A stretch of DNA of 63,899 bases, the filler included, from Aduncisulcus paluster (lineage: Eukaryota), in the NCBI GenBank assembly GCA_024181965.1. It is 19 parts of 19 records of this genome, joined end to end, with 100 filler letters (N's around TTAATTAATTAA, not from the genome) between each part and the next. Parts side by side here need not be neighbours in the genome. Positions count along the whole stretch, not along the records: positions 1 to 1,306 come from BQXS01000437.1; positions 1,407 to 2,420 come from BQXS01000440.1; positions 2,521 to 3,759 come from BQXS01000442.1; positions 3,860 to 10,881 come from BQXS01000445.1; positions 10,982 to 12,122 come from BQXS01000446.1; 14 more parts are not named here. One strand, 5' to 3'. Below, in pieces: positions 1-12,222 of the stretch. Position 1 is the stretch's first letter, and every line of letters starts with the position of its first letter. Below the pieces are notes generated by a model that made no database searches, was not told where the DNA came from, and saw only the letters and a program-made list of their open reading frames with translations. A program made the translations under genes and the position numbers.

Positions 1-1306
1 ACTGGAAATGGGGCTGGATGGCATGGGGGTCGGATTGCTGACCAAGCATCTCGAGAAGAACAGGGTCAGAAACGAAGTAGAAACGAGGGAACAGATTCTT
101 CTTGCTCTCAAGGTATCCTGAAAGACTCTTTTGACACAACTCTAAGTGCTCAGTTAAGTGAGGAAGCATGGATTTCAACGTCTCATCTCCACTCGTCAGC
201 TGGATCACATTGGGCATGCTGTTGGCCACATTCATGATCTTTCCCCAGTTACGATCGATATTGGCGAAACGCTTGGCCTCTTGTGGAAGCTGTCTTGCGA
301 TATCTCCTCCACTGAACACGGCCTCAAGGTAGATCCAGTTCTGTTGCACGTTCAACCATTGGTCGATGATTTCACTGGCGGTGGACAACTTCTTCACCCA
401 GTCCACAATCTCTTCCTTGAAAGGTTTGTTGTACCGGTTGGACACAAGGGATCCAAGAGCCATCTGTGTGTCTTCCATGACAGTGATCAACTCAGACGTG
501 TGGGCAGGAGCAAGTGTCACGGGACCACGAGTCTTGAATTCCTCGAACTGGAACTCCTTGTCTTGCCAGTTGGTAATGACATCAGCGAGCTTGGCCTCAA
601 TGTCTTCTTCACGACCGGCTGCATTGGTAATATCTTCAATGTCCTCCTTGTGCTCGAGAAGAGGGGCACTCAGAAGATGCTGCAAAGTGAACCCTTCAAT
701 GTCGGGAGTCAACTCGACACCACAGAGCTCACTCACTTGCTGCCAATGTCTCGGACGAATGGCCTCCTGAGAAAGGGCTTGGAACAATGGAAGCGACTCA
801 TTGAAATCGTCCACGGTCTTCTTCAGCTCAAGGTAGGCCTCCCAGTCACGCATATCCTTTGGAAGACGACGCATACGACTCTCATAATCGGAAATGTTCT
901 GTTGGATTTGCATGAAATCAAGGTCAGACCACAACTCATCGGCATACCCATTCACAGTGGTCAGCACATCAGTGTAAAGACTGTACAGAGCGTTCAAGAA
1001 CTTGAGTTCTTTCTTCATGGTGTCCAAGGCAGGGTACTTGGTGATCGGAAGCCCGAACAGCTCCTCACCAATCTCATACCCAACCCATTTCCTCTCACGG
1101 TCAGAGAAACCACTTTGGAACTCACGCAAACGCTGAACAGCCTCCTTGGGCTTGATTCCACTCACATTGGGTCCACGAGTGTCATAGGCCTCCTTGAAAT
1201 CAGCAACATCAACAACGAATTCCTTCACATTCTTCACAAGCTCCTTCTCGAACACGGGGGCAAGTTTCGTCAATTCATCCTGAACTTCTCCACCACGCTT
1301 GACGAG
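1..1306 (-). CDS. Axonemal dynein heavy chain, internal fragment (DHC_N2 region; outer-arm gamma/DNAH5-8-like)
   Basis: Missed by the ORF track because it is open at both contig ends. Manual minus-strand translation gives ...GEELFGLPITKYP...IRPRHWQQV...WLNVQQNWIYLEAVFSGGDIARQLPQEAKRF...LELCQKSLSGYLESKKNLFPRFYFVSDPVLLEMLGQ, which are hallmark dynein heavy chain motifs. Confidence 0.95.
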
Positions 1307-1406
1307 NNNNNNNNNNNNNNNNNNNNNNNNNNNNNNNNNNNNNNNNNNNNTTAATTAATTAANNNNNNNNNNNNNNNNNNNNNNNNNNNNNNNNNNNNNN
1401 NNNNNN

Positions 1407-2134
1407 GTTGGAGAACTACTTGTTTGATATTCTTCGCTTTATCAGGGACGATTGCTTCTCCCTTCTCGTTGACCAATACTCCATCTTCACGGCTGATCCA
1501 TTTCAACTTCTCTTCCGCCGTCATGTGCATTTCTTGAGCATCTTTGATCTTTTTAATAAATGATTCCGATAGTTCTTCTTCCAAAACATCCAAACTGAAC
1601 AAGTTCTGAGGGCAATGAGCACGAGATAACACATCAGCTATTATGTTGTCTTTTCCAGGCACATGCTCAATATCAAATTCAAACTCTTCCAATCGGAGTC
1701 TCCATCTTGTAAGCTTAGCATTGGGTGTTTTCTGGATGTAAACTAAATTTCGATGATCCGTACGTAACAAAAACCTTCTTCCACGTAAATATGACTCACA
1801 TTTCAGAACAGCTGTAATCACAGCGTAGGCTTCCTGTTCGCCGGTGCTCCATCTTGTCTGAGTTGCTGTTAACTTCTTAGATACAAATAAAATCGGGTGT
1901 TCAATACCATTCCTATCCTTCTGCATCAATACAGCACCTACACCCACAGATGACGCATCGGTGTATAGGATCAATTCCAGGTCCTCCTGAAGGGGAACCA
2001 ATTCACGACCAGTTCTCAATTCTTCAATCACTTCCCGAAAAGCCGTTTCCTGCTCTTCTTTCCATTCCCAATCGTTCGCCTTATTCATTAATCTCGTTAT
2101 TGGTTCTAATCTTGTTGAATAATTCGGGATATAC
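1407..2134 (-). mobile_element. Ty3/Gypsy LTR retrotransposon pol fragment (RT thumb/connection, RNase H, start of integrase-proximal region)
   Basis: YIPNYS...W...QETAF; RNase H motifs LYTDASSVGVGAVL, EQEAYAVI, TDHRNL, LTRWRLRL, PGKDNIIADVLSR. Similarity stops abruptly at about 2134. Confidence 0.92.
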
Positions 2135-2210
2135 TGTAATGTTCTCAATGGTCTATTTATAGATCTCTCGGAGTTCTGTTTATTTAGTAAATTTGACTCG
2201 ATTAATAACA
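2135..2210 (+). repeat. Candidate very short 5' LTR (TGTAAT...ATAACA, 76 bp) of a second element inserted into the pol fragment
   Basis: Starts where the pol similarity ends, has TGT...ACA termini, and is followed 15 nt later by a gag ATG. No second LTR is present in the contig. Confidence 0.4.
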
Positions 2211-2225
2211 GTTTTAAAACTGAGT

Positions 2226-2420
2226 ATGTCGAACCACAAGCAAACCAAACAAAAAACGATTCTGACAGCGGAATCAGCACCGACAATTAACCCATTGAAC
2301 GAATTGTCCGATTCGGCTTGGGCCGACTTCTCAAGGGATTTTCACCATTATCAAGTGATTGGTGGAACGAAACAGTGGCCAGAGTTGGTCGATCGAGCGA
2401 CTCTGGACCTCATCTCAGAT
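2226..2420 (+). mobile_element. Gag N-terminus of an LTR retrotransposon (partial)
   Basis: SAWADFSRDFHHYQVIGGTKQWPELVDRATLDLI aligns without gaps to SSWNLFMKNFTVYRAKGGELGWRALVEPNLLEAI of the Gag at 10983 (pattern S-W--F---F--Y---GG---W--LV----L--I). Confidence 0.75.
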
Positions 2421-2520
2421 NNNNNNNNNNNNNNNNNNNNNNNNNNNNNNNNNNNNNNNNNNNNTTAATTAATTAANNNNNNNNNNNNNNNNNNNNNNNN
2501 NNNNNNNNNNNNNNNNNNNN

Positions 2521-2826
2521 GTTGAACCTCAAAAGAATAGAAGAGGTGTTGGATCAAAACCTAAACATGCAGAATTAACAAAAAAACAGGCAGAATTATA
2601 CAAAAAACTTGGAAAACGCCGTAAAATGGAGATTCTTGCTCCTCTCGATTCCGAGGTATCTTCAATGAAAAAACAAGCTAAATCAACAAACCGTACAAAA
2701 GAAAAAACAAAAGAAAAGAAAGATTCTGAGAAGAAAAAGGCTACTGTTGGAAAGAAGAAAACATCAAAATCTGATAAGACAAAATTCGGGTTTTCAAGCA
2801 GAGCTCGTCAAAAACGCTTTAAGTGA
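2521..2826 (+). CDS. 3' end of a lysine-rich protein (partial, function unknown)
   Basis: Frame is open from the contig start (VEPQKNRRG...) to TGA; very basic composition. Confidence 0.55.
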   Translation, partial: VEPQKNRRGVGSKPKHAELTKKQAELYKKLGKRRKMEILAPLDSEVSSMKKQAKSTNRTKEKTKEKKDSEKKKATVGKKKTSKSDKTKFGFSSRARQKRFK

Positions 2827-3253
2827 TTGATTTATGCTGCCTTTTGAAAGATTTTTTTTCTTGAAATGGAAATTCCGAAACAATGCATCACAGCTATAGT
2901 AAAGCTGTGTCTGGTAGAATCCCTTGTCTTCCAAATCAAAAACTTATGGCTTCCATCAATACAATTTATTTAACAAATAATACTTCTATCTCTGCTTCTT
3001 CTTATTATCAGTTCTAGTGTATCGTTATTTAATTTTCCCAGCTATTTCAAGGATCTATCGAAGGTTTCGACCCTTGGACCCGTTATAGGGAATTACCGAA
3101 CAATTGTGTACTGTACTGCGGTGAAAGGGAAAAGGAAGGAGATAAACATTGTCAAATGGAATATGATCAGTATTTTCCTTCTCATCAATAATATCACATC
3201 AAACACTCATCTATCATCTCCAATACACTCCTCCTCAACCTTTACTTGTAAAG

Positions 3254-3460
3254 ATGTCATTTGATGAGGAAAGATCTTTGAGACAATCTGTGTATGATCA
3301 CATTGAATTCACAGGTGGAGAGGTGGAGTCTTTGTTTGATCCCGATGACACATTCCAAGGCCAATTTGAAGGATATGATCAAGAAGAATGGAGAGAAGGG
3401 ATGATAATGGTGGAAGAAACCGGGGAAGAAGAGGGAGAAGAGGAGGAAGAAGAAGAATGA
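3254..3460 (+). CDS. Short acidic ORF, probably the last exon or a remnant of a larger gene
   Basis: Protein-like 68-aa frame with an acidic tail; the upstream region is fragmented. Confidence 0.3.
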   Translation: MSFDEERSLRQSVYDHIEFTGGEVESLFDPDDTFQGQFEGYDQEEWREGMIMVEETGEEEGEEEEEEE

Positions 3461-3859
3461 AGACCACCAAGCCAATAATGATTTTACCAAGCCTATTTGT
3501 TGAGCGCTACTAAAATAAATGTTTGAAGCACAATATATGTAATAATATGATATAAAGATCCGTATGTAATTTGTATTATCCATCGTTGATACCAAATTAT
3601 CAACCAAATTCCATCCCTGGGTCTAATAAAGATACAAATTAAATATCAATAACTTCAAATCTAATTTATTCCATTTTAACGAATATAATCTTCAATAGTA
3701 TCAAAATTAATGATTTATCCAACACTTTAGATTCGTCAAGCTAATTTTGTTACAATATANNNNNNNNNNNNNNNNNNNNNNNNNNNNNNNNNNNNNNNNN
3801 NNNTTAATTAATTAANNNNNNNNNNNNNNNNNNNNNNNNNNNNNNNNNNNNNNNNNNNN

Positions 3860-6800
3860 TTGGGATATGAAGCCTATTGTACTTCCATAACCACTGAAGA
3901 TGCCGAACAATTAGCCTCCCTTTCAGCGTGTTTTGTTGATTCTTTCGATGGATTGTCGAATGTTTCCAACTTGAAGTCGTTGTATGTGAGTAACACAAAT
4001 TCTGGTTCCAAGATCACGATGACATCATATGACATTCGAAAGCTTCCAGCTAGTCTGGAGACTCTGACTTTGAACAATATTGATCTCGCACCTAATACCG
4101 ATTTTTCTTCTCTTTCTTCCCTGAAAGAACTCAATTTGACAAATGGTGCGATTATATCAACCAATTCAGTTTCTGTTCCTCTTTGGATGCAAGAAATGAA
4201 GTCATTAACTCCATTGTTTGACGTTGACAATAATTATGACGTTTTTTCCTCTTCTGGAGGACTCTTTCCACCCACTCTCGAAAGCATCTCCATTGCTGGA
4301 CGTGTCAACGTGTCATTTCCTTCTTTCTTCGAGAGTCTTATCCTCGATGGTGGTGATCCTCTTCCTCATTTGACGACTGTCAATCTCAGTGGAACCAATG
4401 TATATGATTTTTCCTCTCTTCCCACATCAGTAACAAATCTCATTGTTAATGAAGGAAGCAATGTCCATGGAACACCTCATTTCAGAGACTATGCAACACT
4501 TCCATCCTCACTCACATCATTAAGCCTTCAGAATAATATCAATGATCTGTCTGTGTTACCTGCACATGTCCCTTCTCTCCAGTACCTTGACCTATCAAGA
4601 AGCTCAGAAGTGGATTTCTTTTGCCAGAGTATAACATTGTTCGCCATAGATATCGATTCAATCACAAAGTTGACAGATTTGGAGAGTCTTGATCTTTCGA
4701 ATTGTGGTTTGTCCAATGATTCGTTATCCAAATTGGCTGATATGCCTCAACTGAAGGAATTATATATCAACAACACGTGTGAGAATGTTTGCAATTCTGA
4801 AACTTATGATTATCTTAAGTGTCAGAATGTATCAGATATATCCAGTCTTTCTACTCTGACAAACCTGACCCATCTGGGTCTGCATGGCCTTGAAAGCCTC
4901 GATGATATTTCGATAATTCCTACTTCTTTCCCTGCCCTTGAGTTCCTTGATATTGGACACATTCAAGAACAGATATCCATTCAATCACAAAGTTGACAGA
5001 TTTGGAGAGTCTTGATCTTTCGAATTGTGGTTTGTCCAATGATTCGTTATCCAAATTGGCTGATATGCCTCAACTGAAGGAATTATATATCAACAACACG
5101 TGTGAGAATGTTTGCAATTCTGAAACTTATGATTATCTTAAGTGTCAGAATGTATCAGATATATCCAGTCTTTCTACTCTGACAAACCTGACCCATCTGG
5201 GTCTGCATGGCCTTGAAAGCCTCGATGATATTTCGATAATTCCTACTTCTTTCCCTGCCCTTGAGTTCCTTGATATTGGACACATTCAAGAACAGATATC
5301 CATTCCAGATATGACAAATCTTACCAACTTGAAATATTTAGATATCTCTGGACTCACCAACATAGAAAATTCTTTGGCTCTCTTTTCTCCTGCAAACCTT
5401 GAGGTACTGATAATGAATGGGTGTCGAGAATATTCAACGAAGACTGACTTTTTGTTGGGTTTAGATTCTGCCACAAACCTTATCAAACTTGATCTTGGAT
5501 CCAATAACTTTTATTATGTTACTTGGCCAGATTTTACTCAATTGACGAACCTTGAATGGCTATCTTTCAATGATTGTTCTCGGTCATATTTCCCTGACCA
5601 ATTATGGGTTTCCGTGGGTTCTTTAGTATCCCTGAAATATTTAGATATGCCTGTTGTGGAGTCCAAGTTGGATATATTATCCGGTTTAACAAACTTAAAT
5701 TGTTTTCGGATAAGATGCGAATTTAATAGTTTTGAGTATTCTTTTCCATCGAGCTTGGTCCAACTAGAGATTGTGGAATTAATTTCGCCAGACACTTTGC
5801 CAGACTTCTCTGTCTTACCTAAGCTTAGGGTTATTCAACTCACTGGTGGCAATATATATATGAGCAAGTCTGTTTTGCAGGCACCTCTCTCTACTGAGCG
5901 CTTTGCATTCTATTACACTGAATATGATGATGATCTCTTTTCTTTGATGGATCTCTCCAAGATCAAGGAACTTGACCTTACTGGTAATCTTCAACATTTG
6001 ATGTGGCATTTGACAGATTTCTCTGGACTAACCTCTGCAAAATATCTTCGCTTCAATGGGAATGGAGAGGGTGGTCTGTATGTGAATCTGACGGATGTTA
6101 TTTGGCCTAAGAGTGTCCGTATCTTTGAGCTTACTTCTATTAGAGATTTTGGAACCGATTTGTCACTCTTCACCAATCTCGAGCAGGTTGTCCTCGGACA
6201 AAGTGAACTTAGTGTTGATGTCAATATGCTCTCTCCTTTCATCTCATTGAATACTCTCAAGAAAGTAACAATATCTGATACTTTTGTATCTGCTGGAATT
6301 GAGGTATTGGGCAGTATAAAATCTTTGGAACGCTTGGATTTGGCAAACGAACTTTGTTTCCGTGATCAACCACAAACTAATGTATTTGAGGGATTAACGA
6401 ACCTTCATTATCTGAGATGGAATGGAGGAAAATGCTATAGCTCAACTGTATCTTATTTTTATGAAATTGACGTTTCATCTCTTGTCAATCTCCAACAGTT
6501 AATTTCTTATGTAGGACGCTTCGATGATTATAGTGAACTTCTTCAGGTGAGATACATTGATATCTCAGAGAATCCTTATAGCTATGGCTACCCAGCTGAT
6601 ATGACTCAGTTGAGGGATTTAAACGAGTTGTGTATTCTCAATGTTCGTAATTATTCATTTTTCTATGATCTCTCCCCAATATACCATCTTCCACATATAA
6701 GGGGAGTGTATTTTGGGGGGAGTTACGTTTGTTTTGGAAATCAAAATATTGATGATTTGCAAGATCAATTCGTGAATAGCAGAAATGTTTCCTTGGAAAT

Positions 6801-7422
6801 ACCAGAACCCGAGTGTGGTTGTCCTTCTCTTGATCCCGAGGAGGGTAGTACTATTGCTGTATTTTCTGATAATATTGTGTGTAAACAGAATGCAGATTAT
6901 GGGTGGGGTCAAGTTACTTGCTCAGGTGACTCCTATGCGACATACACCAATAATACATTAACATGCACCAAGGCTGCAGGATGTGCAGATGGCTGTAATA
7001 GCACTCAAAGTTGTGTATGGAATGAGGAGTTGCATGCTGCTTCCTGCCAATGTGTTGATAGCTATGTTGGAACCATGTGCCGATTTTATTGTTATTCTTC
7101 TTACTGTGGACATGGTCACTGCACAACATTTTTCAACGAAGACAATGAAGAAGAAGTTACATGTGCTTGCGATTGGTGGTGGGAAACTAAAACGGATTAC
7201 CATAAGTGTGATAACATCTCCAACAACGGCATTTTTGTTATTGTCTGCTCATCAGTGATTGTCTTTTTGATAATTGTCTTCATTATTATTGTTAAACTTA
7301 TCCTTCCAAAGTATCGAGAAAGGAAAAAGTACAAAAGATTCCAATCAATTGATGTTCCTGGAACTCAGATCATCATGACTCCACCAATTTTTGGTGATGA
7401 CATCCTAATCAAAGAAGAATGA
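3860..7422 (+). CDS. Leucine-rich-repeat type I membrane protein (internalin-like LRRs, Cys-rich/EGF-like region, TM helix, short tail); 5'-partial, split by a 323-bp duplication
   Basis: Many LxxLxLxxN repeats; EGF-like Cys patterns (CQCVDSYVGTMC, CGHGHC); TM segment GIFVIVCSSVIVFLIIVFIIIV followed by a basic stop-transfer sequence. Confidence 0.88.
4656..5304. repeat. Direct tandem duplication, 323-bp unit with ATTC microhomology
   Basis: The sequence starting at 4656 recurs at 4979. The length is not a multiple of 3, which produces the frameshift between ORFs 3860..4996 and 4993..7422. Confidence 0.9.
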
Positions 7423-8105
7423 GAAAAAGAGGGGATTTCTCCGAAAGACATCTTTTATTGGGGTTTTGAGGGCGAATAAGTCGCCTTAAATCGATATTTT
7501 GTATCCTTTCCCTTAAAAACAATAAATACATTGATTTCGGTGGATAATTATTAACCATAAAACGGTGTGATAGAATAATTGATTGATAAACTTCCTTTTT
7601 CATTTCCAAAAGACTCAAATAAAGAACCAATAGTTTCTGAGTCAGATGGAGCAAATTCATTGATATAAAATATTAAAGGTTGATGCGGTTCCACAGGAAT
7701 TAAAGCTTTACCTCTTAATTTGTCTTTCAAAACAGCGATGGTGTATGAAGTAGCTACTTTTAGTTTATCTTTGAAATGCTTGGGGGTAGAACCAACTGGC
7801 GTTAGAATTAATATAACTATTATAAATATATTTAAAAATAATATTATATTAGGAACAAATGTTTTGTATTAACAAAGAATGGACAAGAGTAAAAAATAAA
7901 TATACAAATGACAAAAATGAAGATATTTTATGACATACCTTTGCCTGGAATTCCCATTAAAAATCAATTGGCAGGAAAACAAAATATCTTAGTGTTGTGT
8001 AATATGGCAAAAAATAGTTTTTATCAATATCAAGCGAAATACAAAAATAAAACCATAATATTCGAGAGTTAAGGAAGTTAATTTTATTATTAGGAGAGAG
8101 AAATA

Positions 8106-10881
8106 TTAGATAAAGTAGAAATAATCTTCTTGGATAGCATCAAATTGAGAAGCATTGTTAATATTCCACCTCAGCTCGGCTCTACAATCAAATTCTTCAG
8201 CAGAAGTCGTTCCACAACCGGTAGGACAGAAATACATGAATTTGAATGAATACAGATACCCACTAACAAGAGATTCACCATTATTAACGATGGATGTTTT
8301 GTTAGCATCGCTACATTGAGCAGGATCGGCATCTTCGCTGTACTCATTCAGTTCGATTAAGGGTTCATCGGTGTCCTCAGTCTCATCGAACCAGAAACGG
8401 GCAGGTCCTCTAGATATGATTTTGAAGGCCAACTCACTGAAATCTGACACATCTGAAGGAAGTTTGATCCAACCTTTGATAGCCATGGCAATGTGATCGC
8501 TTGACCCAGCCGTAAACCTGATGACATCTTCGTCATACTGAATAATAACGTTCTTTCCGAGTGAAGAAGGAAGAGTCATGTCAGTGTCAACACTGGGGAA
8601 ACTGCTAGGGTTTGATGTACTATATACAGCAACATAAAAATCGACAATAAGACCTTGGTGACCTTCGAACAAGACGTAACGCCAGTTCTCACCATCATCA
8701 ACGAATGCTGGTTGACAGAACAGAAGAGAGAATTTCCTAGGATTTAAGAACCCAGACAAAGTCTCATTCTCGACGTCGGTATAGTAAACAACAAGAGCTC
8801 CAGCCATATCAGCGTTACATTGGGGCAGAGTATACTGCGTGAATGTGGCCAATTTAATACCATGAACACGAGGAACACTCAACAGGGCAGAATTGGCAGT
8901 GGCATAGATAGTAGAACTTCCATTAGATTTGGATATTTCAACATTCTTCTTAATGAACACAGTCCTTCCTTTTCCATACATAGATAGATCAAGAGTTCCC
9001 ATGGCATTCCCAACCTCATCGGAGTCCACAAAGGCAGGGGTTGACAATGTTTCAACCATAGATGCTGAGAAATAGTTATATTCAGCAGAATCATTGGCAT
9101 ATAGCCCACAAATAACAAGAAGACCGTCAACGGCGAATAAAGTTCCGAAATCTTCATCTTCACAAACATTTATAACTCCCTTATCCTCAAAGACGAGTGG
9201 AGAGACAGGATCTACGAAGGTTGTGGTACTGACAACGCTGCTATCGCTTGAGCTATTATTCCTCAAATGTAAACCAGGCGGTAGATCAGTAGTAAATTGG
9301 GGCCAGTTGTTGGTAGTGGTTGGGAAATTACCAAGAACAAACTTTTCATACTTACTGTTACTGAAATCATCATTTACACGCCTCTGAACAAGTCTATTTT
9401 GTCCATCAATGAACAAAGAAGTGGTGTTCTGTGTGTTAGGTGTGATAAAATCTTTATCAAAAGCAGTGTCACAATCTATTTTTGGAATCCTCAAAATACT
9501 CCCACTGGTATCGAACAAGGGGGATCTGAAATACTGAGAATAAGGATACTCGTCAGAATTGATACCTCTATCATTGACTGTACTATTGGTGCTTCCGATT
9601 CGAATCGCAGAGGGCGTGAGAGAGGAATAATCGAGATGAGAAAACCCAGATTGAAGGTAAGGTTGGACACTGAACCCATCACTACGATCAAACGCAAGCA
9701 ATCCAACGTCTCCGTCATCGACCTGAACATCGATAGGGATGAAAAGTTTCTCAACATATCCAATTGTACCGTTAGCAAGGTACACAAGTGTATCACGATC
9801 AACAGCTTCAAGAGATCCAATCAGAACCTCACTGACATAATCATCCACGGCCGCTGGAGAACCAGAAGAACCATATCCAACATACATCTCACTTTTCTCA
9901 GAGCTATTTAAATAGATTGTACCTCCTTTCGCAACACTAAAATCACTGTCGGTGTTTCCACTGTAACCTGGAGCAACGGTCATCAGAGTCTTACTTGGAA
10001 GCGTTTCAGAATAGACAGCAATACGTCCTCCTCCTCCTCCAAACTCAGTGTCATAGATCCCACCTTCTTGACCACCACCAACAGCAGAGATGACATAACC
10101 ATACTCCCAGACAATGTCAGCGGCAGAAGAGAGATCAAGCCAGATGGATCCTCCTCCTCCTCCACTCTTTCCAAGCATTCCAGAGCCTCCATCAGCTCTT
10201 ATCTCAGCCTGAGGTCCAATGGTGATACTTCCTTCGTTCTGCACGGTAAGCTTGATGATTCCTCCTCCACGACTATCGTTGTATCCACCTTTCCCGTAGG
10301 AAGTGGGTTTGGCAGCAACACCTGTGAGGTTATCAGTGGAACAGTGAGAAACACACCCTCCCTGACCTGCGTGTGCACCTCCTCTCGCGGCAGATGGGAT
10401 GGCAGCAACTTCACTTTCTCCCATTCCAGATACATCAAGCACACCAAGAAGCTCAATCGTGGTAGCGCTAATGGTCAAACGACTAGCCCTCAGCTCAGAG
10501 GTTTCAGGTAAGACAAATCCAGTTTGACTGATAGTAATACCAAGCCCTTCTTTCACAGCGAATGACTTTTCAGGCATCAATCTCCACTCTTCGGGGAATT
10601 CGGCAGGAATATTGGTGAAATCATTGTCAGCAACGAACAAAGTACAATCTCTATTACAAGGTAACTCGAAGAAAGTGAAATTACTGTATGCTTTACCAAT
10701 GATATAGAAGAGACCTGAACGAACCACTCCATCAAAGTTCATGAATGATGTGTTATCGGGAACGGTTGTACCTGGGAATGTACCAAGACTGACTCTCTGT
10801 TGACACATTCCTACATAAAGGATCTTTGACTTCTCGAAGTAGAATGTACCGGGACAGGCTTCTCCACTGTGTTCGTCTCCT
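8106..10881 (-). CDS. Large putative extracellular protein with Gly-rich GGG(R/S)I repeats and a C-terminal PA14-like domain (5'-partial)
   Basis: Frame is open to the contig edge. Repeats RGGGIIKL, GGGGGSIWL, GGGGGRIAVY. The C-terminal IKGWIKLP...FKIISRGPARFWFD...LVSGYLYSFKFMY...LRW fits a PA14 pattern. Confidence 0.65.
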
Positions 10882-10982
10882 NNNNNNNNNNNNNNNNNNN
10901 NNNNNNNNNNNNNNNNNNNNNNNNNTTAATTAATTAANNNNNNNNNNNNNNNNNNNNNNNNNNNNNNNNNNNNNNNNNNNNC

Positions 10983-12122
10983 TCTTCATGGAATTTATTT
11001 ATGAAGAATTTTACCGTCTACCGAGCAAAAGGTGGTGAGCTGGGTTGGAGAGCTTTGGTGGAACCAAATTTGCTCGAGGCAATCTATCTAACAACAGAAA
11101 CGAGCGAGGAAACCCCAGAAGATGCATTGAAAGCTGCGGTGACAGCTTCGTTCGGGGCCCACTCCACCCAGGAATTCTACGACCGTTTAAAACGGGTGAA
11201 ACTGACGAAACTCTCCCAGACACAACTGGTCACTTATGTGGCACGATTCCGGGAGCTAGTCACGACGAATACTGAGTATGGTGACGATAAAACGATTGTT
11301 GAGATTTTTGTTGACAATTTGGGAAGTGACCGCCTCAGTGATAGAGTCCGATCGGAGGTTGATACTGCTGGAAAGCATAAGGACCTGAAATATGCTATGA
11401 AGCGGGCTTTCGAAGAACTGAGAGAGATGTTACTCATGAAGACTGAAGTCATGAGACATGCTGCTGCATTCGGTCTGGACATTCGAGAACTTAAGCCGAC
11501 TAGGAGGAAAAGACGTTTTTCTGGAGAAAAGCAACCAGGTCAACCCTCACCGGCAGGACATAGAAGTCAAACAGAAAGGAAACCTATACGGTGCTTTAAT
11601 TGTGGTAAGGTCGGCCACAAAGCTTCTGAATGCCCCTTTCGGAAGGCCAACCCTAAGTCACAAGACAAGAAATCCATGAAAGCAAGAGTGGCGCTGAACA
11701 AAGAGTCCAGTAAAACTTGTGAACAGGGTGAGGAAGAAGTGGTGTTAGCACTCCTGGATTCAGGTTGTGAACACAGTATCATGGACATCCGGATAGGGAG
11801 AACCCTAGAACCGATTGAGAAACAGGCTCAATGGGTAGATATAATTATGGCTGATGGTAGTAGCTGTGGTGCCAGTGAACGCTGGTTATTCCGAATCAAA
11901 GCACGGGGTGCGATGGGCTGTGATTTGTTCTTTACAGAATGGTTTATCATGCTTGATTTGGGGGAGCATAGTGAGATTGGGATGTATCTTTGTTGGGAGT
12001 GCATTCAACGCCTCGATCTTTTCGGTGACTGCAGGTTTCGAAGAGAGGAGCCCGATGCAGATGATTGGTTCGAGGAACCAGAGGAGGTTGACATCTCAGA
12101 GGAACTGACATGTGATGCTGAC
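10983..12122 (+). mobile_element. Ty3/Gypsy gag-protease fragment
   Basis: CCHC zinc knuckle CFNCGKVGHKASEC, and aspartic protease motif ALLDSGCEHSIM in the same frame. Confidence 0.92.
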
Positions 12123-12222
12123 NNNNNNNNNNNNNNNNNNNNNNNNNNNNNNNNNNNNNNNNNNNNTTAATTAATTAANNNNNNNNNNNNNNNNNNNNNN
12201 NNNNNNNNNNNNNNNNNNNNNN

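Noticed and set aside
158-1354. 398-aa plus-strand ORF
   Set aside because: It is the antisense shadow of the dynein heavy chain on the minus strand.
1307-1406. Recurring TTAATTAATTAA palindrome within N-runs (18 times)
   Set aside because: Artificial contig linker with stops in all frames; ORFs ending X...LIN or X...N are artifacts.
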